Origin: a virus | Lineage: Duplodnaviria > Heunggongvirae > Uroviricota > Caudoviricetes | IMG/VR virus record: IMGVR_UViG_2534681662_000018 | Reading direction: 5' to 3' (one strand) | DNA length: 33,372 bases | Shown here: positions 17,443 to 25,526 of the stretch, one piece after another | Layout: each line of letters opens with the position of its first letter | Position numbering within the stretch: the stretch's first letter is position 1 | The notes under the pieces: model-generated | What the model saw: only the letters and a program-made list of their open reading frames with translations | Databases searched by the model: none | What the model was told of the DNA's origin: nothing | Translations under genes and position numbers: made by a program

Positions 17443-18742
17443 TCTGGCGTATGCTGCACGCCTCCCGCCAAAGGAGGCTGTCGCGTATTTCCGCGCCAAA
17501 GGCTACAACATCACCTGGAACTGGTACGAACAACTGGCAGACGCGCACGCCCGCGCCTTTACCGTTGCCAAAGCCACCCGGATGGATGTCCTGACCACAA
17601 TCCGTGAGGAAGTGGAGCGGGCTGTCAGTGAAGGCATCACCCGTGAGGAATTTACCCGCACACTGGCCCCCCGGTTGCAAAAACTCGGATGGTGGGGAAA
17701 ACAAATCATCGTGGATGCAGACGGAAACGCAAAGGTAATCGAGCTGGGCAGTCCGCGTCGTCTGGCAACCATTTATAACGTCAATACCCGTACAGCGTAT
17801 GGGGCAGGACGTTATGCGCAGATGATGAATACCGCCGATTTGTACCCGTACTGGCAGTACGTTGCCGTTATGGATGGCAGAACACGCCCGGAACATGCGC
17901 GGCTGCACAATATGGTTTTCCGGTATGATGACATTTTCTGGCAGACGCATTACCCGCCCAATGGCTGGAACTGCCGCTGTCGCGTCCGGGCGGTGTCTGC
18001 GGCCCGCATGAAAGAACTGGGGCTACAGATCAGTTATGGTGCGTCATTCATGAATACCCGCGAAGTGGATGCCGGTACGGATGAAAGCACCGGAGAGATT
18101 TTCCGCACATCGTCAACCACGTTTGACAACGGTCGGGTAAAAATGACGCCGGATGTGGGCTGGTCATATAACCCCGGTTCGGCGGCATTTGGTACGGATC
18201 AGGCACTGATTCGAAAACTGGTGGAAATTCGCGACGCGCAGTTGCGTGAGCAGGTTGTTCAGACGCTGAATAACAGCCGGGAGCGTCAGCTTGCTTTTTC
18301 CCTCTGGCTTAAACGTCTGGCAGGATCACGTCAGACCGGTCATGAAATCCGGACACTGGGTTTTATGACGGAATCGGTAGCTGAAGCCGTACATCAGCGC
18401 ACCGGGAATATGCCAGCCCGTCTGCTTGTGATGAACGGGAAAAGTCTGGCGACCACTGCTGATGCCGCCCTGAAACCGGAGGATTTACAGCATCTGCCGT
18501 CGCTGATGGCAAAACCACAGGCAGTATTGTGGGACAGGGAGAACCACCAGTTGCTGTATGTTGTGGCAACCCGTGACGGCATGGCCCGGATTGTGGTCAG
18601 AACATCACAGACAGTCGGTAGGCAGAATGACCGTGCGGATGTGCTGGTCAGTATCAGCCGCGTATCTGCACAGTCGCTTGAAACCGCGATTGCTGACGGG
18701 ATGATTGACGTACTGGAGGGGCATGTGGAGGTGAATAAGTGA
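17423..18742 (+). CDS. F: MuF-family minor head / head morphogenesis protein (439 aa)
   Basis: In-frame ATG at 17423 (track ORF from 17387); position after portal; core motifs such as PEHARLHN and WNCRCR. Confidence 0.8.
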   Translation: MPQQTIDLAYAARLPPKEAVAYFRAKGYNITWNWYEQLADAHARAFTVAKATRMDVLTTIREEVERAVSEGITREEFTRTLAPRLQKLGWWGKQIIVDADGNAKVIELGSPRRLATIYNVNTRTAYGAGRYAQMMNTADLYPYWQYVAVMDGRTRPEHARLHNMVFRYDDIFWQTHYPPNGWNCRCRVRAVSAARMKELGLQISYGASFMNTREVDAGTDESTGEIFRTSSTTFDNGRVKMTPDVGWSYNPGSAAFGTDQALIRKLVEIRDAQLREQVVQTLNNSRERQLAFSLWLKRLAGSRQTGHEIRTLGFMTESVAEAVHQRTGNMPARLLVMNGKSLATTADAALKPEDLQHLPSLMAKPQAVLWDRENHQLLYVVATRDGMARIVVRTSQTVGRQNDRADVLVSISRVSAQSLETAIADGMIDVLEGHVEVNK

Positions 18743-19209
18743 GTCTTGATATGAACGTTGCCGTGGATGTGCGACGTATTCAGCTTGCACTGGATGAACT
18801 GGGAACCGTTACACGTGACCGCGCCATTCCCCGTGTGATGGCTGCGGCGCTGCTGTCATCCACGGAACAGGCATTTGAACGGCAGGCAGACCCGGATACA
18901 GGGAAAGGCTGGGAAGCGTGGAGCGATTCGTGGCAGGCATGGCGTCAGGATCATGGTTTTGTTCCGGGCAGTATCCTTACCCTGCATGGCGATCTGGCAC
19001 GCAGCATTACCACCGATTATGGACAGGATTATGCCCTGATTGGTTCGCCAAAAATTTATGCTGCCATTCATCAGTGGGGCGGTACACCCGATATGGCACC
19101 CCGCCCGGCAGGCGTTCCTGCGCGTCCTTATATGGGGCTGGATAAGACCGGGGAACAGGAAATTTTTGATGCCATCAGAAAACGCGTCAGCGCCGCTCTG
19201 AGGCAATAA
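18739..19209 (+). CDS. G: Virion morphogenesis protein G (156 aa)
   Basis: ORF 18739..19209, 4-nt overlap with F. Confidence 0.75.
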   Translation: MSLDMNVAVDVRRIQLALDELGTVTRDRAIPRVMAAALLSSTEQAFERQADPDTGKGWEAWSDSWQAWRQDHGFVPGSILTLHGDLARSITTDYGQDYALIGSPKIYAAIHQWGGTPDMAPRPAGVPARPYMGLDKTGEQEIFDAIRKRVSAALRQ

Positions 19210-19405
19210 ACTGAATCAGACATGAAATCAGCCGCACAGATTTTTTAAAACGCGCCACGGGATTTTTAAACCGGTATTTAACGGTGTATGAATCCCGTTT
19301 TATCTTCCTTCCACTTTCTTTCTCCATTACTCAAATAGCATAACCCCAGATTTTCCCGCACCTCCCGCAAACTGACTGCTCACAAACCATGATGAGCAGC
19401 AGGAC
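19210..19405 (+). promoter_or_regulatory. G-I intergenic region: late promoter PI (C-dependent) and the expected position of the Mu central strong gyrase site
   Basis: 196-bp non-coding gap at about 17.95-18.15 kb from the left end; CCCGCACCT at 19355-19363 matches the Plys region. Confidence 0.6.
19258..19306 (+). terminator. Candidate terminator hairpin after G (end of the lys operon)
   Basis: CGGGATT ... AATCCCG inverted repeat (19258-19264 / 19291-19297) followed by TTTTATCTT; the loop is long (26 nt). Confidence 0.45.
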
Positions 19406-20491
19406 ATGAAAAAACACGCGATTGGCATTGCCGCACTGAGTGCGCTGTCCATTGACGATGACGGCTGGTGCCAGCTATTGCCTGCCGGTCATTTCAGTGC
19501 CCGTGATGGTCGTCCGTTTGATGTGACAGACGGTCAGGGGTGGTTCATCGACGGTGAGATTGCCGGGCGTCTGGTTGAAGGCGTTCGCGCGCTCAACCAG
19601 GACGTGCTGATTGATTACGAGCATAACCAGCTACGTAAGGACAAAGGATTACCCCCGGAACAACTCGTCGCGGCTGGCTGGTTTAACGCCGATGAAATGC
19701 AGTGGCGTGAAGGTGAAGGGTTATTTATCCACCCACGCTGGACGGCGGCGGCCCAGCAGCGCATCGATGACGGCGAATTTGGTTATCTCTCTGCGGTTTT
19801 TCCGTATGACACCGCCACCGGTGCGGTGCTGCAAATCCGCCTTGCTGCGCTGACCAATGACCCCGGTGCCACCGGCATGAAAAAGCTGACCGCACTGGCG
19901 GCAGACCTTCCCGACATCCTTCAACAGGAGAACAAACCCATGAATGAAACGCTGCGCAAGCTGCTTGCGCGTCTTGGGGTGACGGTCCCCGAAAATGCAG
20001 ACATCACCGATGAACAGGCCAGCGCGGCCCTGAGTGCGCTTGATGCGCTCGAAACAGATGCCGGAAAAGTGGCGTCGTTATCCGCCGAACTGGAAAAGGC
20101 ACAGAAAGCCGCCGTTGACCTGACGAAATACGTCCCGGTGGAAAGCTACAACGCCCTGCGTGATGAACTGGCACAGGCGACTGCACTAAGCGCCACAGCC
20201 AGCCTGAGCGCCGTTCTGGACAAGGCGGAACAGGAAGGCCGCATTTTCAAAAGCGAACGTGCCTATCTGGAACAGCTTGGCGGTCAGATTGGCGTGGCGG
20301 CACTGTCGGCACAGCTTGAGAAAAAACAGCCCATCGCTGCGTTATCTGCCATGCAGACCACCACAGCGAAAATCCCGTCGCAGGAAAAAACGGCTGTGGC
20401 GGTGCTGTCTGCTGATGAACAGGCAGCAGTGAAGGCGCTCGGCATTACAGAGGCTGAGTATCTGAAAATGAAACAGGAACAAGAAAAATGA
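19406..20491 (+). CDS. I: Head protease / scaffold protein I (361 aa)
   Basis: ORF 19406..20491 directly upstream of the major head gene; N-terminal region consistent with prohead protease, C-terminal helical Ala/Glu-rich scaffold-like region. Confidence 0.85.
   Translation: MKKHAIGIAALSALSIDDDGWCQLLPAGHFSARDGRPFDVTDGQGWFIDGEIAGRLVEGVRALNQDVLIDYEHNQLRKDKGLPPEQLVAAGWFNADEMQWREGEGLFIHPRWTAAAQQRIDDGEFGYLSAVFPYDTATGAVLQIRLAALTNDPGATGMKKLTALAADLPDILQQENKPMNETLRKLLARLGVTVPENADITDEQASAALSALDALETDAGKVASLSAELEKAQKAAVDLTKYVPVESYNALRDELAQATALSATASLSAVLDKAEQEGRIFKSERAYLEQLGGQIGVAALSAQLEKKQPIAALSAMQTTTAKIPSQEKTAVAVLSADEQAAVKALGITEAEYLKMKQEQEK
19940..20491 (+). CDS. Z: Scaffold protein Z from an in-frame internal start within I (183 aa)
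   Basis: In-frame ATG at 19940 preceded by CAGGAG (19924-19929); C-terminal helical region. Confidence 0.5.
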   Translation: MNETLRKLLARLGVTVPENADITDEQASAALSALDALETDAGKVASLSAELEKAQKAAVDLTKYVPVESYNALRDELAQATALSATASLSAVLDKAEQEGRIFKSERAYLEQLGGQIGVAALSAQLEKKQPIAALSAMQTTTAKIPSQEKTAVAVLSADEQAAVKALGITEAEYLKMKQEQEK

Positions 20492-21405
20492 TTGTCACCC
20501 CGGCATCCATTAAAGCCCTGATGACCTCCTGGCGTAAGGATTTTCAGGGCGGTCTTGAAGACGCCCCGTCGCAGTACAGCAAAATTGCAATGGTGGTGAA
20601 CTCTTCCACCCGCAGTAATACCTATGGCTGGCTGGGGAAATTCCCGACCCTGAAAGAATGGGTGGGTAAGCGAACCATTCAGCAAATGGAAGCGCATGGC
20701 TACTCCATCGCCAATAAAACGTTTGAAGGCACCGTGGGTATTTCCCGTGATGACTTCGAGGATGACAATCTGGGTATTTATGCGCCGATTTTTCAGGAGA
20801 TGGGCCGTTCTGCGGCAGTTCAGCCGGATGAGCTGATTTTTAAACTTCTGAAAGATGGCTTTACCCAGCCGTGCTATGACGGTCAGAACTTCTTCGACAA
20901 GGAGCATCCGGTATATCCGAATGTGGACGGCACGGGCAGCGCGGTTAATACCTCCAACATCGTTGAGCAGGACAGCTTCAGCGGTCTGCCGTTCTATCTG
21001 CTGGACTGCTCCCGCGCAGTCAAACCGCTGATTTTCCAGGAGCGCCGCAAACCGGAACTGGTCGCACGTACCCGTATCGATGACGACCACGTTTTTATGG
21101 ATAACGAGTTCCTGTTTGGTGCCAGCGCCCGCCGTGCTGCCGGTTACGGCTTCTGGCAGATGGCTGTCGCGGTAAAAGGTGATCTGACGCTGGATAACCT
21201 CTGGAAGGGCTGGCAACTGATGCGTGCGTTTGAAGGTGATGGCGGTAAGAAGCTGGGCCTGAAGCCGACACATATCGTTGTACCGGTCGGGCTGGAAAAA
21301 GCCGCAGAGCAACTGCTTAACCGTGAACTGTTCGCGGATGGCAATACCACCGTCTCCAACGAGATGAAGGGCAAGCTGCAACTGGTTGTCGCTGACTACC
21401 TGTAA
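20488..21405 (+). CDS. T: Major head (capsid) protein T (305 aa)
   Basis: ORF 20488..21405, ATGA overlap with I, followed by a strong terminator. Confidence 0.9.
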   Translation: MIVTPASIKALMTSWRKDFQGGLEDAPSQYSKIAMVVNSSTRSNTYGWLGKFPTLKEWVGKRTIQQMEAHGYSIANKTFEGTVGISRDDFEDDNLGIYAPIFQEMGRSAAVQPDELIFKLLKDGFTQPCYDGQNFFDKEHPVYPNVDGTGSAVNTSNIVEQDSFSGLPFYLLDCSRAVKPLIFQERRKPELVARTRIDDDHVFMDNEFLFGASARRAAGYGFWQMAVAVKGDLTLDNLWKGWQLMRAFEGDGGKKLGLKPTHIVVPVGLEKAAEQLLNRELFADGNTTVSNEMKGKLQLVVADYL

Positions 21406-21409
21406 CCGT

Positions 21410-21440
21410 CATTAAAAGGCGGTTCAGACCGCCTTTTAAC
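21410..21440 (+). terminator. Rho-independent terminator after the major head gene
   Basis: AAAAGGCGGT-TCAG-ACCGCCTTTT perfect 10-bp stem with U-rich tail. Confidence 0.7.
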
Positions 21441-21471
21441 CTGATTTAAAGGAAAAGGAGGAGCATGTGTT

Positions 21472-21882
21472 ATGTCAGGCACTTCGCTTAATTCACAACG
21501 GCTGGACACTTCTCGCATCACTTGCACGGCGATTATTAAATGCCTTCGTCCGGTCTACCGCCGCGCCGGAATCGCCTTTACGCGTGGCGAAAACACCGTG
21601 GAAGTCACCGAAGAACAACTGGCGATTATCCGTGCCGACAGCGTGCTGTCTGTTGTATCGACAACGGCAGCAGAAACGCTCGCTGAGGCTGGGGGGCTGG
21701 ACGTTCTGGGTGTGGGCGATCTGAATACCCGTATCCGTGCGACCGTTGCCGGTCTGGATAAGGCAAATCCGGAGCACTTTACCGCAGGGGGAGAACCCAA
21801 AGTGAAAGCCGTCAGTGCGGCGCTGGGGGAACCGGTGAGCAGTGCGCAAATCAAAGCGGCGCTGGCTGAGGCGGATGCATGA
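21472..21882 (+). CDS. Late head-region hypothetical protein (136 aa)
   Basis: ATG at 21472 preceded by AAGGAGGAG. Confidence 0.6.
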   Translation: MSGTSLNSQRLDTSRITCTAIIKCLRPVYRRAGIAFTRGENTVEVTEEQLAIIRADSVLSVVSTTAAETLAEAGGLDVLGVGDLNTRIRATVAGLDKANPEHFTAGGEPKVKAVSAALGEPVSSAQIKAALAEADA

Positions 21883-22304
21883 ATTACGCGACAGTAAATG
21901 ACCTGTGCGCCCGCTATACACGTACGCGGCTGGATATTCTCACCCGCCCTAAAACAGCGGACGGGCAGCCGGATGATGCCGTGGCAGAACAGGCACTGGC
22001 AGATGCTTCGGCCTTTATTGATGGCTATCTCGCCGCGCGCTTTGTTCTGCCGCTTACCGTCGTCCCCTCACTGCTGAAACGGCAGTGTTGCGTGGTGGCC
22101 TGGTTTTATCTGAATGAATCACAACCCACCGAGCAGATCACCGCTGCCTACAGGGACACAGTGCGCTGGCTGGAACAGGTGCGCGATGGCAAAACAGATC
22201 CCGGCGTGGAAAGCAGGACGGCAGCCTCGCCGGATGGTGAAAACCTTGTGCAGGTGCAGTCTGACGCGCCGGTCTTCTCACGAAAACAGAAGGGGTTTAT
22301 CTGA
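21879..22304 (+). CDS. J: Head-tail joining protein J (141 aa)
   Basis: ORF 21879..22304, 4-nt overlap with the upstream gene. Confidence 0.65.
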   Translation: MNYATVNDLCARYTRTRLDILTRPKTADGQPDDAVAEQALADASAFIDGYLAARFVLPLTVVPSLLKRQCCVVAWFYLNESQPTEQITAAYRDTVRWLEQVRDGKTDPGVESRTAASPDGENLVQVQSDAPVFSRKQKGFI

Positions 22305-22852
22305 TGCTGGAAGAAACCGAAGCCGCACTGCTGGCGCGCGTTCGTGAGTTGTTTGGGGCAACCCTGCGGCAGGTGGAACCCATTACCGGCACATGGACTA
22401 ACGAGGATGTGCACCGTCTCTTTCTGGCCCCGCCATCGGTATTTCTGGCATGGATGGGCTGTGGTGAGGGGCGTACGCGTCGGGAAGTTGAAAGTCGCTG
22501 GGCATTTTTTGTCGTGGCGGAGTTGCTGAACGGGGAACCGGTAAACCGGCCCGGTATTTATCAGATTGTGGAGCGACTGATTGCCGGTGTTAACGGTCAG
22601 ACGTTTGGCCCGACCACCGGGATGAGACTGACGCAGGTCAGAAATCTTTGTGACGACAACCGTATCAATGCCGGTGTGGTGCTTTACGGCGTTCTGTTCA
22701 GTGGCACTACCCCGCTGCCGTCTGTGGTGGACATGGATTCGCTGGATGATTACGAGCGTCACTGGCAGACCTGGAAACTCCCGGCCGAAACCCCGGAATT
22801 TGCCGCACATATCAATGTGAATCAGGAAAAGGATAATGATGCTGAAAATTAA
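22304..22852 (+). CDS. K: Tail/head completion protein K (182 aa)
   Basis: ORF 22304..22852; TGATG overlap with J. Confidence 0.65.
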   Translation: MLEETEAALLARVRELFGATLRQVEPITGTWTNEDVHRLFLAPPSVFLAWMGCGEGRTRREVESRWAFFVVAELLNGEPVNRPGIYQIVERLIAGVNGQTFGPTTGMRLTQVRNLCDDNRINAGVVLYGVLFSGTTPLPSVVDMDSLDDYERHWQTWKLPAETPEFAAHINVNQEKDNDAEN

Positions 22853-23066
22853 ACCCGCAGAGGGAAAAACCATCCGTGACCCGCTCACGATGGAATTACT
22901 GGCGCCTGAGGGAGAAGAAAAGCCCCGTAACAGTTTCTGGATACGTCGCCTTGTAGCCGGTGATGTGGTTGAAGTCGGGAGCACCGAAAACACTGATGTG
23001 GTTGAAGTCGGGAGCACCGAAAACACGGCGGATGATACCGACGCTGCGCTGAAAAAAACGGAGTAA
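22836..23066 (+). CDS. Small late protein upstream of sheath (76 aa) containing an in-frame 11-aa tandem duplication
   Basis: ORF 22836..23066; VVEVGSTENTD and VVEVGSTENTA encoded by the tandem 33-bp repeat. Confidence 0.55.
   Translation: MMLKIKPAEGKTIRDPLTMELLAPEGEEKPRNSFWIRRLVAGDVVEVGSTENTDVVEVGSTENTADDTDAALKKTE
22962..23027 (+). repeat. Perfect-but-one 33-bp direct tandem repeat, 2 copies (GATGTGGTTGAAGTCGGGAGCACCGAAAACAC)
   Basis: Copy 1 at 22962-22994 and copy 2 at 22995-23027 are identical except the last base (T vs G); in frame within the 76-aa ORF. Confidence 0.9.
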
Positions 23067-23072
23067 ATCGAA

Positions 23073-24572
23073 ATGAGCGATATTTCATTTAACGCGATCC
23101 CGCCAGATGTTCGCGTTCCTCTGGCGTATATCGAATTTGATAACAGTAATGCCGTCAGCGGAACACCGGCCCCCCGTCAGCGCGTGCTGATGTTCGGGCA
23201 AAGCAATAAGGGGGCCAGTGCGGCACCAGACGTGCCTGTCCGTATCCGTTCCGGCTCACAGGCCAGTGCGGCGTTTGGTCAGGGTTCCATGCTGGCACTG
23301 ATGGCAGATGCATTCCTGAAAGCTAACCGCGTGGCGGAGCTGTGGTGTATTCCGCAGGCGAAAAACCCCGGTAATACTATCTCTAAAACTACTGTCGGTT
23401 TAATCACACTGTCAGGAACGGCAACCGAAAACGGCTCGCTTGTGACTTACATTGCCGGTCAGCGACTGGCGGTATCCGTCGCAGCAGGTACCAAGGGATC
23501 GAAGCTGGCTGGCCTGCTGACTGACCGAATCAACGGTCATCCTGATTTGCCGGTGAAGGCAGTATTGCTCTCAACCACGCCGGATGATGCCGGCGCTACA
23601 GATATAGTTCTGACTGCAAAATTTACGGGTGCATTATCTGCCGTGGATGTGCGCTGGAACTATTACGCGGGTGAAACCACCCCTTACGGGATTATCACGG
23701 CATTCAAAGCCGAATCCCGGAAATACATCAACCCGGATATCAGCGCAAGTATCGCGGGAATGGGCGATCTGCAATACAAATATATTGTGATGCCCTATAC
23801 CGATGAACCGAACCTGAATCTGTTACGCACTGAATTGCAGGAACGCTGGGGACCGGTCAGTCAGGCTGATGGCTTTGCCGTGACAGTGCTGTCCGGCACG
23901 TATGGGGATATTTCCACGTTTGGTGTCAGACGTAATGACCATCTGATTTCCTGTATGGGGATTGCCGGTGCACCGGAACCGTCATATCTGTACGCCGCCA
24001 CCCTGTGTGCCGTTGCCAGCCAGGCGCTTTCCATCGACCCGGCGCGTCCACTCCAGACGCTGACGTTGCCCGGAAGAATGCCGCCTGCGGTGGGGGATCG
24101 TTTCACCTGGTCAGAACGTAATGCGCTGCTGTTTGACGGCATCTCCACGTTTAACGTGAATGATGGTGGTGAAATGCAGATTGAACGCATGATCACGATG
24201 TACCGCACGAACAAGTACGGTGACAGCGATCCGTCTTATCTGAACGTGAATACCATCGCCACGCTGAGTTATCTGCGTTATTCGCTGCGAACCCGCATCA
24301 CGCAGAAATTCCCGAACCACAAGCTGGCAAGTGATGGCACCCGCTTTGCCACCGGTCAGGCCGTGGTGACGCCATCCGTGATCAAAACGGAGCTGCTGGC
24401 ACTGTTTGAAGAATGGGAAAACGCCGGACTGGTCGAGGATTTCGACACGTTCAAAGAGGAGCTGTATGTGGCACGTAACAAGGACGACAAAGACCGTCTT
24501 GATGTGCTGTGCGGCCCGAATCTGATTAACCAGTTCCGCATTTTCGCGGCACAAGTTCAGTTCATTCTGTAA
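23073..24572 (+). CDS. L: Contractile tail sheath protein L (499 aa)
   Basis: ORF 23073..24572 with RBS AAACGGAG upstream; size and position of sheath. Confidence 0.88.
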   Translation: MSDISFNAIPPDVRVPLAYIEFDNSNAVSGTPAPRQRVLMFGQSNKGASAAPDVPVRIRSGSQASAAFGQGSMLALMADAFLKANRVAELWCIPQAKNPGNTISKTTVGLITLSGTATENGSLVTYIAGQRLAVSVAAGTKGSKLAGLLTDRINGHPDLPVKAVLLSTTPDDAGATDIVLTAKFTGALSAVDVRWNYYAGETTPYGIITAFKAESRKYINPDISASIAGMGDLQYKYIVMPYTDEPNLNLLRTELQERWGPVSQADGFAVTVLSGTYGDISTFGVRRNDHLISCMGIAGAPEPSYLYAATLCAVASQALSIDPARPLQTLTLPGRMPPAVGDRFTWSERNALLFDGISTFNVNDGGEMQIERMITMYRTNKYGDSDPSYLNVNTIATLSYLRYSLRTRITQKFPNHKLASDGTRFATGQAVVTPSVIKTELLALFEEWENAGLVEDFDTFKEELYVARNKDDKDRLDVLCGPNLINQFRIFAAQVQFIL

Positions 24573-24581
24573 GGAGCATTT

Positions 24582-24938
24582 ATGGCTGGAAATCAGCGTC
24601 AGGGGGTGGCGTTCATCCGTGTCAATGGCATGGAGCTTGAATCAATGGAAGGTGCCTCCTTCACGCCTTCCGGCACCACCCGTGAAGAAGTGACCGGCTC
24701 GCGGGTTTATGGCTGGAAAGGTAAACCACGTGCCGCAAAAGTGGAATGCAAAATTCCGGGGGGCGGTCCCATCGGGCTGGATGAAATTATCGACTGGGAA
24801 AACATCACCGTCGAATTCCAGGCTGATACCGGTGAAACCTGGATGCTGGCGAATGCCTGGCAGGCGGATGAACCGAAAAACGACGGCGGCGAAATTTCGC
24901 TGGTACTGACGGCAAAAAAAAGCAAACGCATTGCATAA
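24582..24938 (+). CDS. M: Tail tube protein M (118 aa)
   Basis: ORF 24582..24938 directly after sheath; RBS TAAGGAG. Confidence 0.8.
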   Translation: MAGNQRQGVAFIRVNGMELESMEGASFTPSGTTREEVTGSRVYGWKGKPRAAKVECKIPGGGPIGLDEIIDWENITVEFQADTGETWMLANAWQADEPKNDGGEISLVLTAKKSKRIA

Positions 24939-24947
24939 GGGGAAACA

Positions 24948-25382
24948 ATGGACGAAATGAATTTAAGTCCTGAAGCACAGGAACTGCGTGACAGTATTGT
25001 GGCTGAGCTTCAGTCCGGTGGCCTGAAACTGAAAGACGGCCTGGCGTTCGGCACCGGTGACGAGACTGAAATGCAGTATGACGTGACACTGCGTGAACTG
25101 ACCGCAGGCGATCTGATTGATGCCCAGGCGGCGGCTGAAAAGCTGGTAATGAGCAAGGAAGGCCCGGTGCTGGTCAGTTCCCCGTCCCGGATGGGACTGG
25201 AAATGCTGCGCCGACAGATTGCCAGCGTGGGCTGCATCAAAGGCCCGTTATCGCTGGCGCTGATGCGCAAGCTGTCCGTCGATGACTTCCAGCGTCTGTC
25301 GCTGGCCACAGAGATGCACGACATGGCTGTGGCGGCATCGCTGACGCAAGAACGGGGGCGAGTGGCTGCGGTGCCGGAATGA
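24948..25382 (+). CDS. Y: Tail assembly chaperone-like protein Y (144 aa)
   Basis: ORF 24948..25382 between tube and tape measure; acidic. Confidence 0.6.
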   Translation: MDEMNLSPEAQELRDSIVAELQSGGLKLKDGLAFGTGDETEMQYDVTLRELTAGDLIDAQAAAEKLVMSKEGPVLVSSPSRMGLEMLRRQIASVGCIKGPLSLALMRKLSVDDFQRLSLATEMHDMAVAASLTQERGRVAAVPE

Positions 25383-25526
25383 TATTGAGAAAGCGGCGAC
25401 AGCGATTGGCGTTATTCTGAAAAGTGGCCCGGAATGGGCCTTGTCTCTCCCGCTGTCCCGCTTTTTCCGGCACTGCCAGCAGGCTAAAACCCTCTCTCAA
25501 TATCACCGTTAAATCAGGAAATCTCT

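Noticed and set aside
20284-21381. 365-aa minus-strand ORF antisense to the major head gene T and the 3' end of I
   Set aside because: It lies entirely within well-supported plus-strand genes in a GC-rich region where long antisense open frames arise by chance; no RBS-like sequence precedes its start; product is low-complexity.
22148-23026. 292-aa minus-strand ORF opposite the J/K region
   Set aside because: Antisense to a coupled plus-strand gene series; its apparent internal repetition is just the reverse reading of the 33-bp tandem duplication.
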